A stretch of 64,000 nucleotides of DNA from Pelagomonas calceolata. Lineage: Eukaryota. Positions 1 to 11,007 of the stretch are shown here, in pieces (the stretch's first letter is position 1; each line of letters opens with the position of its first letter). The stretch is from the NCBI GenBank assembly GCA_918797485.1, contig CAKKNE010000004.1:310001-374000 (forward strand), in the 5' to 3' direction. The notes below the pieces were generated by a model. It had not been told where the DNA came from. It saw only the letters and a list, made by a program, of their open reading frames with translations, and did not search any database. A program made the position numbers and the translations under genes.

Positions 1-3000
1 CCTTTACTGGAGGCCTTCGCGAACGCGACCACGGTACGGAACGGCAACTCCAGTCGTTTTGGGAAGTTCGTGCGAGTCTTCGTCGATCGGCTGTCGGGGA
101 CCGTTGCCAGCGCCACGGTCGACCACTACTTGCTGGAAAAAACGAGGTGCGTTTCACTGAATGAAGGCGAGCGGAACTTTCACGTTTTTTATCAATTAGT
201 AGCGGATTCTCATTTGAGGGCGGACGACCGGCGTTTGTTAAATCTTGGGAATCGCGTTCACCCGCCGCGCGACCAGCCGGACGATTATCAAGAGACCCTG
301 CGGTCGATGCGCGCTCTCTCGGTTCCGGAAGATGTGATCAAGGACATCTCATCGACTTTAAAAGGCATTTTAGCTGTCGGCGAGGCCCACTTCGAGAGCG
401 TAGAAATCCCGGGCCAAGATGCGGGTAGCAGGATGGCCAACGTGACGAGTGACGCGTCGAAGTGTCTGGGCGTGGCGTCCGACGACTTGGCGGAAGCTTT
501 TGTAGCGAGACGCGTCGCTGGTGTGCGCGTACCTAACAGCAGTAAGCAGGCCGAGGACGCCCGTGACGGGTTACTCAAAGCTTTGTATGCTAGGTTGTTC
601 GACAAGATCGTAGCGTTGGTGAACAGCGCTCTGGGTGATGACAGTTCAAAGCCGAACATGGGGAAGGACGAACGGTTGTTCGTGGGGTTACTTGACATCT
701 TTGGCTTTGAATCATTTGTTTCGAATAGTCTGGAGCAACTGTTAATTAACTACGCGAATGAACGGTTGCAAGCCCACTTCAACAACTTCGTCTTCGAGAC
801 GGAGGCGAAGTTGTATACGCAGGAGGACATACCGGTACCCCCGACGGCCTATGTAGATAACGCCGGGGTCGTCGCATCTCTCGAAGATGGCGTGCTGCGG
901 TTGTTGGACGAAGAATGCGCTTTACGGAGAGGTTCGGATCAACAGTTCGTGGCGAAATTGGATCGGGTCTCTGATGGGGATGTGCTAGCACCTTATAGGG
1001 GTACCGCGAGAACTGGAGGGGAACTCGTAGGGAGAGCCTTTATCATCTCTCATTTCGCGGGCAAGGTCACCTATACGACGGATGGCTTCGTGGCCAAGAA
1101 TAGAGATGCTCTCCCCGATGCGGGCGCGTCAACACTCGCCGCGTCCTCGAACCCGCTCGTAGCATCCCTCTTCGCAACATCGGTCGCTGTTGAGCGCAAA
1201 GGTGCTAGAGCGGCTAGACGAGGGAATAGACGAAGGGAGTGCGTCGCCAAGGCCTTCGGGAAATCACTAAAAGAGCTCACGCGGACGGTGGAGAGTACGA
1301 GACCGCAGTTCGTCCGCTGCGTGAAACCGAACGCCGACCAAGCGCCGGCGTCCTGGCGCGGCGCGCTGGTCTTGGAGCAATTAAGATATATGGGCCTCCT
1401 GCAAGTCGTCGAGGCTCGTAGAAGAGGCTACCCGCGACGGTACTCCTATGAAGCCTTTTTGAAAAGGTTCGGGAAACTCTGCGACATGACGCATTCTCCC
1501 AACCGGGAGGGCGCCGTGTGTTTGGTGGATGCTCTAGCGTCATCTTTATCTCTAGAGAGGGATGCCATTGTGGTCGGTCGTACGAAAGTGTTCCTAAGGG
1601 CAAGAGCGGAGGCTCTGATCGAAGGGGCACGGGACAAAGCCTTGCGCAAGTCGGCCCTCAAGGAGTTGGAAACGGCCATCGAGATGGAAAATGTGGATGC
1701 GTTGGAGGCGGCGGTCGCCATCGCTACCGAGTTGCGATTGGACGGGTCCGTGCTAGATAGAGCTAGAAGTAGAGTAGCGGTTCTGAGGTTCCGGAAGCAC
1801 ACCGCAAGCTTCAAGGAGGTCATGAAAGCTATACTGCCGGACATGCACCGCGACGTCTTGAAAGATATTTACAAGAATGCTTCTGTTTGTTTGGACGACG
1901 CCGCGCGTGTTGCGCAAGCGGAGACCACGGCGGCGTGGGCGATGGCCGCAGATATTGATACGTTTAAGCAGATCTTGCGGAGGTTGCGACGTAAATTGCG
2001 GAAGCTGGAAGAAAGGTGCAAGGCTGCTGCTTCTCTCGAGAGAGCGGGCAACGAGGTGATGGAGACGTGTCGCGATTTAGAATTAGTTGGTGAAGATGCG
2101 ATGCGCGTCCTCGAGAACGCGCGAGCGGACCTAGAAACGGCCCACAAAGCAGCCGAAGAGTCAGGTGTACCACCTACCGCGCCAGAAGCGCTGATTGCCC
2201 TGAAGGCGGCGGACGTTCTGGCCGTGGCCTTCGACCGTCATTTACAACAGGCCGAGGAAGAAAAAGCGGAAAGGGTCGCCTTCCTGGACCACATGCGCGA
2301 GGGCCAGGAGGAGGGCAAGGACGCGGACTCGCCGGCGACCATTGCAAGGAGGTCTGCCGTCGAGGTCGACCTCGACGTTCGTTTCCCGCGTCTTGTGTTT
2401 TTCGTTCGCGCGAGATGTACGCCACGCCCCGCGGACCTCCTCGCCGCGCTACGCCGTCGCCGCGTCGACGCTCTCGATGCACGCAGGCGGTGCCGCCGAC
2501 GTCGCCGCCGACGTCGCCGCCGACGTCGCGCGTCCGAGAAATGAAGCCGCCCCCCGTGCCGCCGCCGCCGGAAGTGACCGTGACGCCGCCCGATTCCTTG
2601 CCGGACGACGACGTGCAAGTGATCGTGCCGAAGCCCCCTGCTTATGCCGACGAGGCGCGACCGGCGACGTGGCTGTCGGACGCGGAGCAGCACGCCTGCC
2701 AGGCTTTATCTTCAAAGGTGTCGTCGGCGATTGTGGTCGCGGACGACCCGGAGCGACGGGCTCGCGCGTTAGCATTGGAGCGACCGGCCGTGAAGCTCCA
2801 AAAGAGCGGGTCGGAGTGGAAACGAGTTGTTGTGGAAAAGGATTCACTCGTGTGGCGCAACCAGAAGAAGTCGTCCTTTTCTCCGCGAAGTACGGGTACG
2901 GTGAAGCTCAAGGACGTGGAGCGAGTCTGCTTAGGCCCAGAAGTACCCAGAAGAGACGGCGAGGGCGGTTTGGTGGACGAGTATCATCTCCAAGTGAAAC

Positions 3001-4536
3001 CGTCGCACCGAGCCGCGTCGCGGTGGCACTACGTGACGGTGACGACGGTCCAGAGGGACTATGTGTTTGGTCTTGTCAGAACAGAGGAGGAAGACGACGA
3101 CGCGTGGAGCTTTGCGTTGCACCTCGAACGGCAGTGCGACTTCTTCGCTGGGAGGTCGAGACCCTTCGGCGCTGGTGTTCTCGCTAGAGCGCAGAAGGTG
3201 TGGCAGGAGGATGATGCCTATAGTACACAAAGGTCATTATCGAGGCTGTGTCCTGCTCTACGACCGCTGGCCCCGATCCTCGCTTCGCTGTCGGAGACGT
3301 CCTTCAAATCGTATAAGTTACCTAGAGGCGCGGCCTTCGGCGCGTCGGCGCCGGCGTCGCACGCGCCCTTGGCCTGGCTGCCCTGCGCCGTGCTCGATCA
3401 AGGGTGTCGAAGCGGCCTGGCGTTCGGGACGACGTTTGACCCCTGCGAACCTCGACCTGTTGAGGGGCCCTACCCCGTTCTCGTCTGTGTGGAAATCAAA
3501 TTTCGGACGCCCCACGCCATCGACGCAGCTCCTAGCTCACTGGTTGATTTCCACACAGGCTCTCGTGCAGTGCGAGAAATACGTCAAGGACACTTGTCCA
3601 CAACTAGTATCAACAAATATCACCTCAACGAGGAGACCGGCGCCGCAGTCACCACGAAGCCCGGCCCAGAACGCGGCCCAAGCTCTACGGAAGCGACCGT
3701 CCGCTAAAAGGCAAGTGCCGGACCGGCCGAAGCCGGTCCACTTATTCGCGGCGTGCGCTATGGGCGACCCTGATCTCGTGGAAGCGCTGGTGCTGCGGTG
3801 TCGCGTCAAGGTCGACGCTCGTTATCCGCAGGAAGATCCGCAACAGTGGGCACAGCTCTGTCCCCAGCAGGCCGACGCGGAACCGCACGAGGGGACTACT
3901 GCGTTGTGCTATGTCGTGACGTGGTGCGACGTGCTGGGCGAGGCCAATGTCGAGAAAGTAGCTAGACGGTTGATGCTACTCAGGGCGGACCCGGCTCTCG
4001 ATGACGGCCACCCCGACGTGCGGTTCCCGCCGCTATGCGCCGCGGTGGCCAATGGGTCGACGCAACTCGCCTTGTTACTGTTACACGCGGGCTCCGATCC
4101 CGATGTCCGGACGTCGGACGGTCGCCAGGCGATTCATGTCCTGAACTTGACGCGGAAGGAGGAAGATCGCGCGACTCTCTTAGAAGCTTTGGTCAACGCG
4201 GGCGCGGACGTCGACGCGACGACCAATAGTGGCGACGCTGCTTGTCATGTCGCCGCGCGCGAGGGCTTGCATGACGTGCTCTGCCGGCTTTTGGAATTTG
4301 GGGCGAACATGATGGCCGAAAACGGTCGGCACCAGCGCGGAAATCAACCAGTGAGTTAGGTTCTCGAGCAGACGCAGCTACGGAGAAAATATCGCGCCGA
4401 TGGCGTGGGGCGCCCGAAATTCGAATTCCACACAGGTGATGGATTGACTCCGGCCGAGGTCGCGTATGTCGAGCTGCAGGGCGATTCGTCGAAGGACGCG
4501 GCGGCGCTGGCGCGATGCCACGAGCTGCTTGCCTAA
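1..4536 (+). CDS. Myosin (5'-partial): motor domain, helical/coiled-coil region, Pro-rich linker, PH-like region and C-terminal ankyrin repeats; exons <1-2376, 2487-3476, 3559-4324, 4436-4536
   Basis: Frame 1 from base 1 reads PLLEAFANATTVRNGNSSRFGKF (switch I), then LLDIFGFE (switch II), ERNFHVFYQL and FVRCVKPN. Three GT-AG introns join ORFs 70..2544, 2415..3707 and 3061..4359 in frame. The last splice restores the ankyrin motif ENGDGLTPAEVA, stop TAA at 4534-4536. Confidence 0.85.
2377..2486 (+). other. Spliceosomal intron (110 nt), probably an old introner
   Basis: GTTCGT...ACGCAG, phase 0, joins VDLD to AVPPTS in frame. Confidence 0.7.
3477..3558 (+). mobile_element. Introner element (intron-forming MITE)
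   Basis: Perfect 15-bp TIR CTGTGTGGAAATCAA (3485) / TTGATTTCCACACAG (3558); 8-bp TSD GTTCTCGT / GCTCTCGT; splicing restores the frame (YP|ALVQC). Confidence 0.9.
4325..4435 (+). mobile_element. Introner element, opposite orientation to 3477-3558
   Basis: Internal sequence matches the reverse complement of the 3477 element (GGAAATCAACCAGTGAG...CGATGGCGTGGGGCGCCCGAAATT); GT lies 8 nt before the decayed TIR; ends ACACAG. Confidence 0.85.
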
Positions 4537-4899
4537 TTCAGAGTGCTGTTTATTTTTTCTCCGGAGTCGTAGTGTTGTTACGATTTTCTCTGGACTCGTC
4601 GTAGTTTCGTGCGGCGTTTTGCTTTTCTAGTGTCTTGCAGCTAGCTAATCACCCAGCCAGAGCGAAGCAGAGCAGTCACAGTGCGCAGCGGTCGACCTTT
4701 CCTGGTGCAGAGAGCCGTGACGAGGTCGCGGCGCGCTCACACCCCGCGGGGCAACCTGTAGTTCAGAGAATTGGCGCTTTCCCCTGGCTGGGGCAGCCTC
4801 TGCTTGTCTGTCAAGCAAAGCATCGACGGCGTCGGCGCGAGCGTCAACAGCCTGTTCACTGGGAGAACTAGTCTGAACACGCGCGGCTTGGCATCTGCA

Positions 4900-5313
4900 A
4901 TGCCAGTTGTCCTTGACAAAAAGAATGCGGCCCCCAACCTCACGAGCGACGAGATCGTGAACACGGTCACGCAGATACTCTTGACAGATGACAAATTCGC
5001 GAACGAATTGGAACGCTGGTGCGAGCAGCACTGCGACCGGTTCTTCCTCGACGACGAGAGCGAGCACTTGATGGAGCACTGGAAGCTGCATGAGGATTTC
5101 TGCAACTTGTTCGAGAAGCGCATCGAGGCCTGCCTGACGGAGAACGGCTACTCCGTCGACGAGTTCTGGGACGCGCTCATGAAATTCGTCGACGGCCAGA
5201 AGGGCGCGACGGGCGCGGAGGGCTTCCTGCTCGAGGCCCTGCGGGCCTCGACGGATTACCGACAGTTCGCCGTGACGATGCGCCAGATGCGGCGCGACCG
5301 GTCGGGGAAGTAA
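4900..5313 (+). CDS. BART (ARL2/ARL3-binding) domain protein, CFAP36-like
   Basis: EHLMEHWKLHEDFCNLFEKRIEACL...DYRQFAVTMR resembles the BART domain; ATG at 4900. Confidence 0.7.
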   Translation: MPVVLDKKNAAPNLTSDEIVNTVTQILLTDDKFANELERWCEQHCDRFFLDDESEHLMEHWKLHEDFCNLFEKRIEACLTENGYSVDEFWDALMKFVDGQKGATGAEGFLLEALRASTDYRQFAVTMRQMRRDRSGK

Positions 5314-5324
5314 AACTTGTATTG

Positions 5325-6326
5325 TTATGGGAGGTCGAGCGAACCCAGTGCGTCGACGGGCTTGACGCTCGCGGCGGCCGCCGTAGAGGCGGCGCCGGAT
5401 CCGTAGCGGGCCTTCCAAACGAGACGACCGACGAACAGAAGTGAAACATAATATGTGAGCATCATCGCGTAGAGAACCAGGAACGATGCCCGGGGATTCG
5501 GGCTTTTCTGACCAGCCAAGACGTAGCCGGCCAACCCTGAGAGAATATGGAGCCCGGTTGAGATGAGCGCCGCGGTCTGCAGACAGGTGAGCCGAAGTTT
5601 TGCGGCTGCACGGGATTCGACAGCGCAGACGTCAAAGATGGCCACGAGGTAGAACCAGGCGACATACAACGAGATGCTAAAAGTAACGGCGGCAAAAAAC
5701 CGGTCGGATGTCCTCCGCCCATCGACACCCATAGCAGCCGCTCCCACAGCTATCAATATCTGAAGCCCCGCGACTTTCAGAAGCCTGTTCGTGTAGTGCT
5801 CCGCCTGGCTCGCCAGACCTCCCCGCTTGCGGAGCAGCTCGACCATAAGTCGACACAGCCATGGATAACAAACCGCGTTGACGCCTTGCGCGAAGATCTG
5901 TAGAACGGCCTCCTCGTACCTCTTGACAGACCAAAACGCGAGAAATTCAGTAATAATTTGGCAGGACGCATGGACGCGGAGAACCTGAATCGCGCGTCGC
6001 CCGGCCTCGGACGAATCGAGGGTCCCAAAAATGAGCCCGAATAATGCCGTCCAGCAAACGGGCCAAGCGTAGCAAATCACCTGCATCGAATTGCTGTAAA
6101 AGCCCATTGGGCTGAACAGCGCGGAGCCCACCATGCCGACAGAGACGAACACGCATAAGAGGATGGTTAAATAAAAGTTGCGCGCGTATTCCGCGAGCGG
6201 CTGGTCGACCTCCTCTGCGTCGGCTGCCGGTGCGCCTAGATGCTGCTGCAGCGCATCGAGCTGCTTGGCCAGCAAGCTCTGCTTGCCCTCGATCTCGTCG
6301 TACCATTGGTCGCTGCGCGCTGCCAT
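5325..6326 (-). CDS. Unknown multi-pass (about 8 TM) membrane protein, tandem paralogue 1
   Basis: Similar to the next two ORFs (GTLDS..AGRRA, QILI, AAKLRL, KPVDALGSLDLP); ATG 6326 chosen by alignment. Confidence 0.75.
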   Translation of the reverse strand: MAARSDQWYDEIEGKQSLLAKQLDALQQHLGAPAADAEEVDQPLAEYARNFYLTILLCVFVSVGMVGSALFSPMGFYSNSMQVICYAWPVCWTALFGLIFGTLDSSEAGRRAIQVLRVHASCQIITEFLAFWSVKRYEEAVLQIFAQGVNAVCYPWLCRLMVELLRKRGGLASQAEHYTNRLLKVAGLQILIAVGAAAMGVDGRRTSDRFFAAVTFSISLYVAWFYLVAIFDVCAVESRAAAKLRLTCLQTAALISTGLHILSGLAGYVLAGQKSPNPRASFLVLYAMMLTYYVSLLFVGRLVWKARYGSGAASTAAAASVKPVDALGSLDLP

Positions 6327-6510
6327 TTGCTTCACCAGAATTATATGCCGCGGAATCGCATTCGTGCGCGCGATTCGGGCTGCCCCAGCGCCAGCGCCCC
6401 GCCCAGCGCCGCGCGCGCGATCTCTGCGCCCGTGCGGGTCGAGATCGCGCGCGGGTCGAATCTTGAGTGCCGACATGACCGCACGCATCTTAGAACATAT
6501 TACTTATAAG

Positions 6511-7497
6511 TTACGCGCCGGGCAGGTCGAGCGAACCCAATCCATCGATTGGCTTCACCGCGGCCGGGGAGTCGTCGCGCCCATGATGATACCGCGCGAC
6601 CCAGACGAGGCGACCCACGGGTACGATTGAGGAGAAACCAGTAGCCAGCATGACGTGACCAACCAATAATACCACAGCCCCTGGCGGCTCTTTCTGGCTG
6701 GATAAGACGTATCCGCAAAGGCCTGAGAGGACGAACGCACCGACAAGGATGAGCGCTGTCGCCTGGATGCATGAGAGTCGCAGCTTGGCAGCCTCGCGCC
6801 TGTTGACTGCTGCGACGTCGAAGATCGCAATCATATACTTCCACGCAAATGACATCGAGGCGCTGAAGACGAATGTGGCATAAATCCGCGGGTAGGTCTC
6901 CTTTCGGTTGATGCCTTGGCCGACGGCAGCCACCAGGAGCAATATCTGGAAGCCCGCAAGCTTGAGAGAGCGCGAGGTGTAGTACTCTGCCTGGGCCCTC
7001 CGCGACCCCCGCCTCCGGAGCAGTTCGATCATGGATCCGCATAGCCAGGGCAAATAGAAGATGTTAATTAAAAATTGGAAGATGGCGAAGAGAGCCTGCC
7101 CGCGAAGGCCCGAGGTCCAGTGGAGAAGAGGCACAACGATCAGGTGGGCGACGCAACAGAGACGGAGCAGTCTGATGGCACGCCGCCCAGCTTCCGCCGA
7201 GTCGAGTGTTCCGAAACAGAGGCCGAATATCGCGGTCCAAGGAAGGGGCCAAAGGAGGTATCCAAATTGGGATAAATTGCCTTCGATGCCGCCGGCCGCC
7301 GTAAACGATATGACCAGCCCCGACGAGCAGTTGTAGATGAGCAACGCGACAGTCGCGGCGAAGACGCGGTTATACTCGGCGGCCGGAAGATCCACGTCCT
7401 CCGCTTCCGCTGGCGTCACCCCTAACTGCTTCTCCAGCGCGTCTATGCGTGAGTGCTGCCTGCTTAGCAACGCGCGCAAATCTTCTGCTTCTGCCAT
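6511..7497 (-). CDS. Unknown multi-pass (about 8 TM) membrane protein, tandem paralogue 2
   Basis: 328 aa, N-terminal short coiled coil, 8 hydrophobic segments, C-terminus KPIDGLGSLDLPGA. Confidence 0.8.
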   Translation of the reverse strand: MAEAEDLRALLSRQHSRIDALEKQLGVTPAEAEDVDLPAAEYNRVFAATVALLIYNCSSGLVISFTAAGGIEGNLSQFGYLLWPLPWTAIFGLCFGTLDSAEAGRRAIRLLRLCCVAHLIVVPLLHWTSGLRGQALFAIFQFLINIFYLPWLCGSMIELLRRRGSRRAQAEYYTSRSLKLAGFQILLLVAAVGQGINRKETYPRIYATFVFSASMSFAWKYMIAIFDVAAVNRREAAKLRLSCIQATALILVGAFVLSGLCGYVLSSQKEPPGAVVLLVGHVMLATGFSSIVPVGRLVWVARYHHGRDDSPAAVKPIDGLGSLDLPGA

Positions 7498-7683
7498 CGT
7501 GCTGCCGAGACTGCTAGCTTACGGTCGCGCCTGCATCACGTGCAGTGCATTATTCGCATTCATGCGATTAGGCAGCCCGATTTCGTATCGAGCAGCGCCG
7601 CGGGCAGCCGCGCTGCAGATCGCGTGCGGGTCGAGCAAATCCGGCATCGACTCAATATGATTACCTAGGACATCCTACTTATG

Positions 7684-8670
7684 TTACGCCCCAGGCAGGT
7701 CGAGCGAACCCAGTGCATCGACTGGCTTGACGCTCGCGGCCGGGGGGACATCGCGCCCACGACGCGCGACATAGACGAGGCGACCGACGAACGCCATCGT
7801 GATCCAACCAGAACCCATCATCACGTAGCCCACCGCGAATGAAGCCCATCTAGATGGCCTCCGCTGACTAGCTAAAATGTATCCTGCAAGCCCAGCGAGG
7901 AGGTTCACACCCCAAAAAGCAAGCGTCGTCGCCTGCAACGGCGAGAGTCGCAGCTTGGCAACAGCGCGACTGTCTACATTGCAGACGTCAAAGATAGCCG
8001 TCAGGTAGACCCAAGAGCTGCTCAGCACGACGGAGAAGACGAAGGTGGCGTAGACCCTTGCGTACGACTCGCGTCCGATGCCCTGGGCCAAGGCGGTTAT
8101 AGCTAGCAAGATCTGAAATCCCAAGACTTTCATGGCGCGATTCGTGTACAGCTGCGCCTGTGTTGTCAGCGCACCCCTAGCCCGAAGGGTCTCAAGCATC
8201 ATCTTGCCCATCCATGGCCAGAAAATCGCGTTCACTATAAACATGACGAACAGGAACACAGCGACCTCGCGCCTCCCGCTGTTCCACCAGAGGAGCGGAA
8301 TGACCACGACTTGGATGATAGCCCAGCCACGATATATTAGAAGGGCGTGCCGTCCGGCGACCGACGAGTCCATGGTTCCCAGCACCAGAGCCATTAGTAC
8401 AGTCCAGCACATGGGCCACAAAAGCGTTTCGACTTGTCCCAAATCACCTTCCATTCCGCTGGTAAACGCGGCGATGGACATTGCTATGCTATCCCACAAG
8501 AGAAACGCGGCTGTCGCCAGGAACACGCGCCTGTATTCGGCGGCCGGTACATCCGCCTCGTCCTCCGGTGTGCTGACGCCCAACTTCTTCTGCAGAGTGA
8601 TAATCTGCGATTGCTGGCTCGCCAGCAGTTGCTGCAGCGCTTCCAGCTCGTTCCTCCATTGCGCATCCAT
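7684..8670 (-). CDS. Unknown multi-pass (about 8 TM) membrane protein, tandem paralogue 3
   Basis: 328 aa, colinear with paralogue 2, C-terminus KPVDALGSLDLPGA. Confidence 0.8.
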   Translation of the reverse strand: MDAQWRNELEALQQLLASQQSQIITLQKKLGVSTPEDEADVPAAEYRRVFLATAAFLLWDSIAMSIAAFTSGMEGDLGQVETLLWPMCWTVLMALVLGTMDSSVAGRHALLIYRGWAIIQVVVIPLLWWNSGRREVAVFLFVMFIVNAIFWPWMGKMMLETLRARGALTTQAQLYTNRAMKVLGFQILLAITALAQGIGRESYARVYATFVFSVVLSSSWVYLTAIFDVCNVDSRAVAKLRLSPLQATTLAFWGVNLLAGLAGYILASQRRPSRWASFAVGYVMMGSGWITMAFVGRLVYVARRGRDVPPAASVKPVDALGSLDLPGA

Positions 8671-8875
8671 AGCAGCCGTCGCGTTACATCTTCGCAGGCT
8701 GCCCCATTGCGATCGGCGCGCGCGCCCGCAGCGGCTGCCACAGCGCTTGGCAGCCTCTCGCGCAGCGCGAGCAGGCGCTGCGCCAACCTACTAGCCGGAG
8801 TCACGACAGGCTTCTTCTTACAACGCATGGAAGGCGCGGCACCGGTGTGCCGCGCGAGGAGGGAAGAGGGGGGGG

Positions 8876-9205
8876 TCAGGGGTGGCGCGACCGCATGACG
8901 GCCGCGGGCGCGAAGGCGCCCTGCGTCGCGATGTCGCGTTCGACCATGGATTCGAAGAGCAGGCCGCGTTTCTTGGCGACGCCGCGCCAGGCCTCATCAT
9001 GCAAAACCTTCTCCGTCTCCGCGGTTAATGACTGCGGCTGCGTCTCGAGGCCGCCGACGGCGCGGAGTTCCGAGGAGTCGAAGTAGGTCTGCGGGTTGTC
9101 GAGGCTCGTGAGGAAGGCGGGAGGAACCGGTTCCGTCGATCGCGACCAGGTGGAGCCCCGGCGGAGCAGGGCCCTCATCGTCGTTCTGCGGAGCAGCAGG
9201 GCCAT
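8876..9205 (-). CDS. Hypothetical protein, possible mitochondrial presequence
   Basis: MALLLRRTTMRALLRRGSTWSRS Arg/Leu-rich N-terminus, GC3-rich codons, no recognised domain. Confidence 0.35.
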   Translation of the reverse strand: MALLLRRTTMRALLRRGSTWSRSTEPVPPAFLTSLDNPQTYFDSSELRAVGGLETQPQSLTAETEKVLHDEAWRGVAKKRGLLFESMVERDIATQGAFAPAAVMRSRHP

Positions 9206-9477
9206 GGGGCAGCCTTCCGCAAGTCTGTAGGAAGTAGGGATCCCCGCGGGACTTCTTCTGCGGCGCGGTGGGGGCTCGTTGCTTGAGCACGGCGCGGCTT
9301 CTCTGTTTCCTTCGCGGCGCTGGGAGATCATGTTCTGATGTCAACAGCCCCGCGCGCAGGTCTCCGGGCGGATTCGGGGGTCGCCGAGTTATGGGCAGAG
9401 TCCTCGGACCCGCCTCGCACGACCTAAGGGAGCTCGAGCGAAGTCGCGCGGCAACGTCGCGTCACCTCAATGATACC

Positions 9478-9540
9478 GCCGATGAATCGGCGACGAGCGG
9501 GGTCTCCCCAGGGGTCCGGCCCACTAGTCCTAGCACCGTA
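9478..9540 (-). repeat. 3'-associated repeat family (GGTGCTAGGACTAGTGGGC), copy 1
   Basis: Reverse complement aligns over about 55 nt with 13733-13789 and shares its core with 33646, 56575 and 59442. Confidence 0.8.
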
Positions 9541-9579
9541 CAATAGACAGCTCAATGATAAAACTTCAAACTAAAAAAC

Positions 9580-10770
9580 TCACAACCACGCCCCCTCCCG
9601 CTCCGAATGCCGCCGGATGTGGTAGCCCGCCGCCGCGAAGTCGCAGGGCGCCTCCTCCCTTCCGGAAGCCGACGCGAAGCCGGGCACCGGCTCGGGAATG
9701 GCCACGGGGTCCGGCGGCGGCGCCTCGTAGTAGCGCAACTCGAGCCGCAGGGCCGCCACGGCCGCGTAGCCCAACAGATGTTCGGGGTGAAAGGTGCACT
9801 GCGCATCTTTGTACAGCGAGGGAATGTACTCGTAGAGGCGCGCGACGCGCCCGAACGTCGCACCCTGCGCCACGAAGAACTGGTCGTTCACGCCCCGATA
9901 GCCCGGCGGCCACGTGAGGAACGCCGCACTGTTCACGATGGCGTGGCCGCAGCGCGGCACGTAGAGCGCGAATTTTTGTAGATCTAAATATCTCTCGAGG
10001 TTGTGGTCGCGGTCGAACTCCATGTCCGTCCGGACGCGCGCGGCGACCTTGAATGTCGTCCCGGTCGCCTCCTCATACGCCTCGCGCAGCGCATTCGCGT
10101 CTCGAATGCCCTTCCACATGTATAGCAAATTCACGTGCGGCTCGGGCTCCTTCTTCCGTCGCGCCGGATAGGGGTAGTGCTCCGCGTGGTCGCGCCGCAC
10201 GGCGTCGGTGTCATTCCCCGCGAATTCCACAGCGCCGACGAAGGGCAGCGCTTCGAAGGCTTTTTTTGTGCTTTCTGGTAAAACTTGACCGCCGCTCAAC
10301 ACCGCGAAAACCATCGCTCCTGAGGGCCGAACGACACGCTCGTAGAGCGATTCGAGCGTACTCGCGAGCTTGTTCGTCGAGCCGGACAGTACGATAGCTA
10401 TATCACCGAAAGGCTCGTAGCCGGCGCTCGCCTTTGACAAGCGCTGCACGACATCAGCAAGCCGCTCGGGCCAGTCCGCATCACAGGAGGCGGTCGCCGC
10501 GGCCATGCGCTCCGCCAACGCGGCCGTGATGCAATTGACATCGTTCCCGCAGGCGTGCGTCTGGCGCAAACTGTATTTGGTGGCGAAGTCGCGGGCGTGC
10601 GTCTGGAGCTCGGTCTCATTTAATGAAGAATCCCAGGACAGCGGCACGCCCCATCTTGCAAACATGGGCGCGTCGTCGGAGTCGAATCCCGGCACGAGCA
10701 CGTACTTCATTAGTGTCTCGGCGCCGCACGACGCCAGGAGGCAGGCCGCGGCGGCGGCGCGCGGCGATGG
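9580..10770 (-). CDS. Secreted glycosyltransferase-like hypothetical protein
   Basis: Signal-peptide-like MKPSPRAAAAACLLASCGA; motifs VAARVRTD, GVNDQFFV and HPEHLL recall uncharacterised algal GT-like proteins. Confidence 0.6.
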   Translation of the reverse strand, partial: PSPRAAAAACLLASCGAETLMKYVLVPGFDSDDAPMFARWGVPLSWDSSLNETELQTHARDFATKYSLRQTHACGNDVNCITAALAERMAAATASCDADWPERLADVVQRLSKASAGYEPFGDIAIVLSGSTNKLASTLESLYERVVRPSGAMVFAVLSGGQVLPESTKKAFEALPFVGAVEFAGNDTDAVRRDHAEHYPYPARRKKEPEPHVNLLYMWKGIRDANALREAYEEATGTTFKVAARVRTDMEFDRDHNLERYLDLQKFALYVPRCGHAIVNSAAFLTWPPGYRGVNDQFFVAQGATFGRVARLYEYIPSLYKDAQCTFHPEHLLGYAAVAALRLELRYYEAPPPDPVAIPEPVPGFASASGREEAPCDFAAAGYHIRRHSEREGAWL

Positions 10771-10977
10771 CTTCATCGTCCTCTTCACGAGCACACCGAT
10801 GCGCTACAGCCTGGACGACGCTCGATGAGACTCTCTGAGAGAACCTTTAGGGAGCTTGCCAGTACCGCATCGATGGAAAAGCGGCGAGCTACGGCGGGGA
10901 GAGATAAATAGATTCACGTAACAGGCTGCCCACCCCCGATTGGTGTCGATTGGGCAGCGCTCGCAACGTAAAAAAGC

Positions 10978-11007
10978 TTGCTAGTGTCTTACATCTGCTA
11001 GCTCACG
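10978..11007 (+). promoter_or_regulatory. Conserved intergenic motif TTGCTAGTGTCTTACA-N3-GCTAGCTCACG
   Basis: 28/30 identical to 16225-16254; further copies at 4627, 34898, 37663 (-) and 46934 (-). Confidence 0.65.

Noticed and set aside
2341..4536. Frameshifted pseudogenes or programmed frameshifts (also GABA-T, AspAT, SYS1)
   Set aside because: Every break is resolved by a GT-AG intron that restores conserved motifs.
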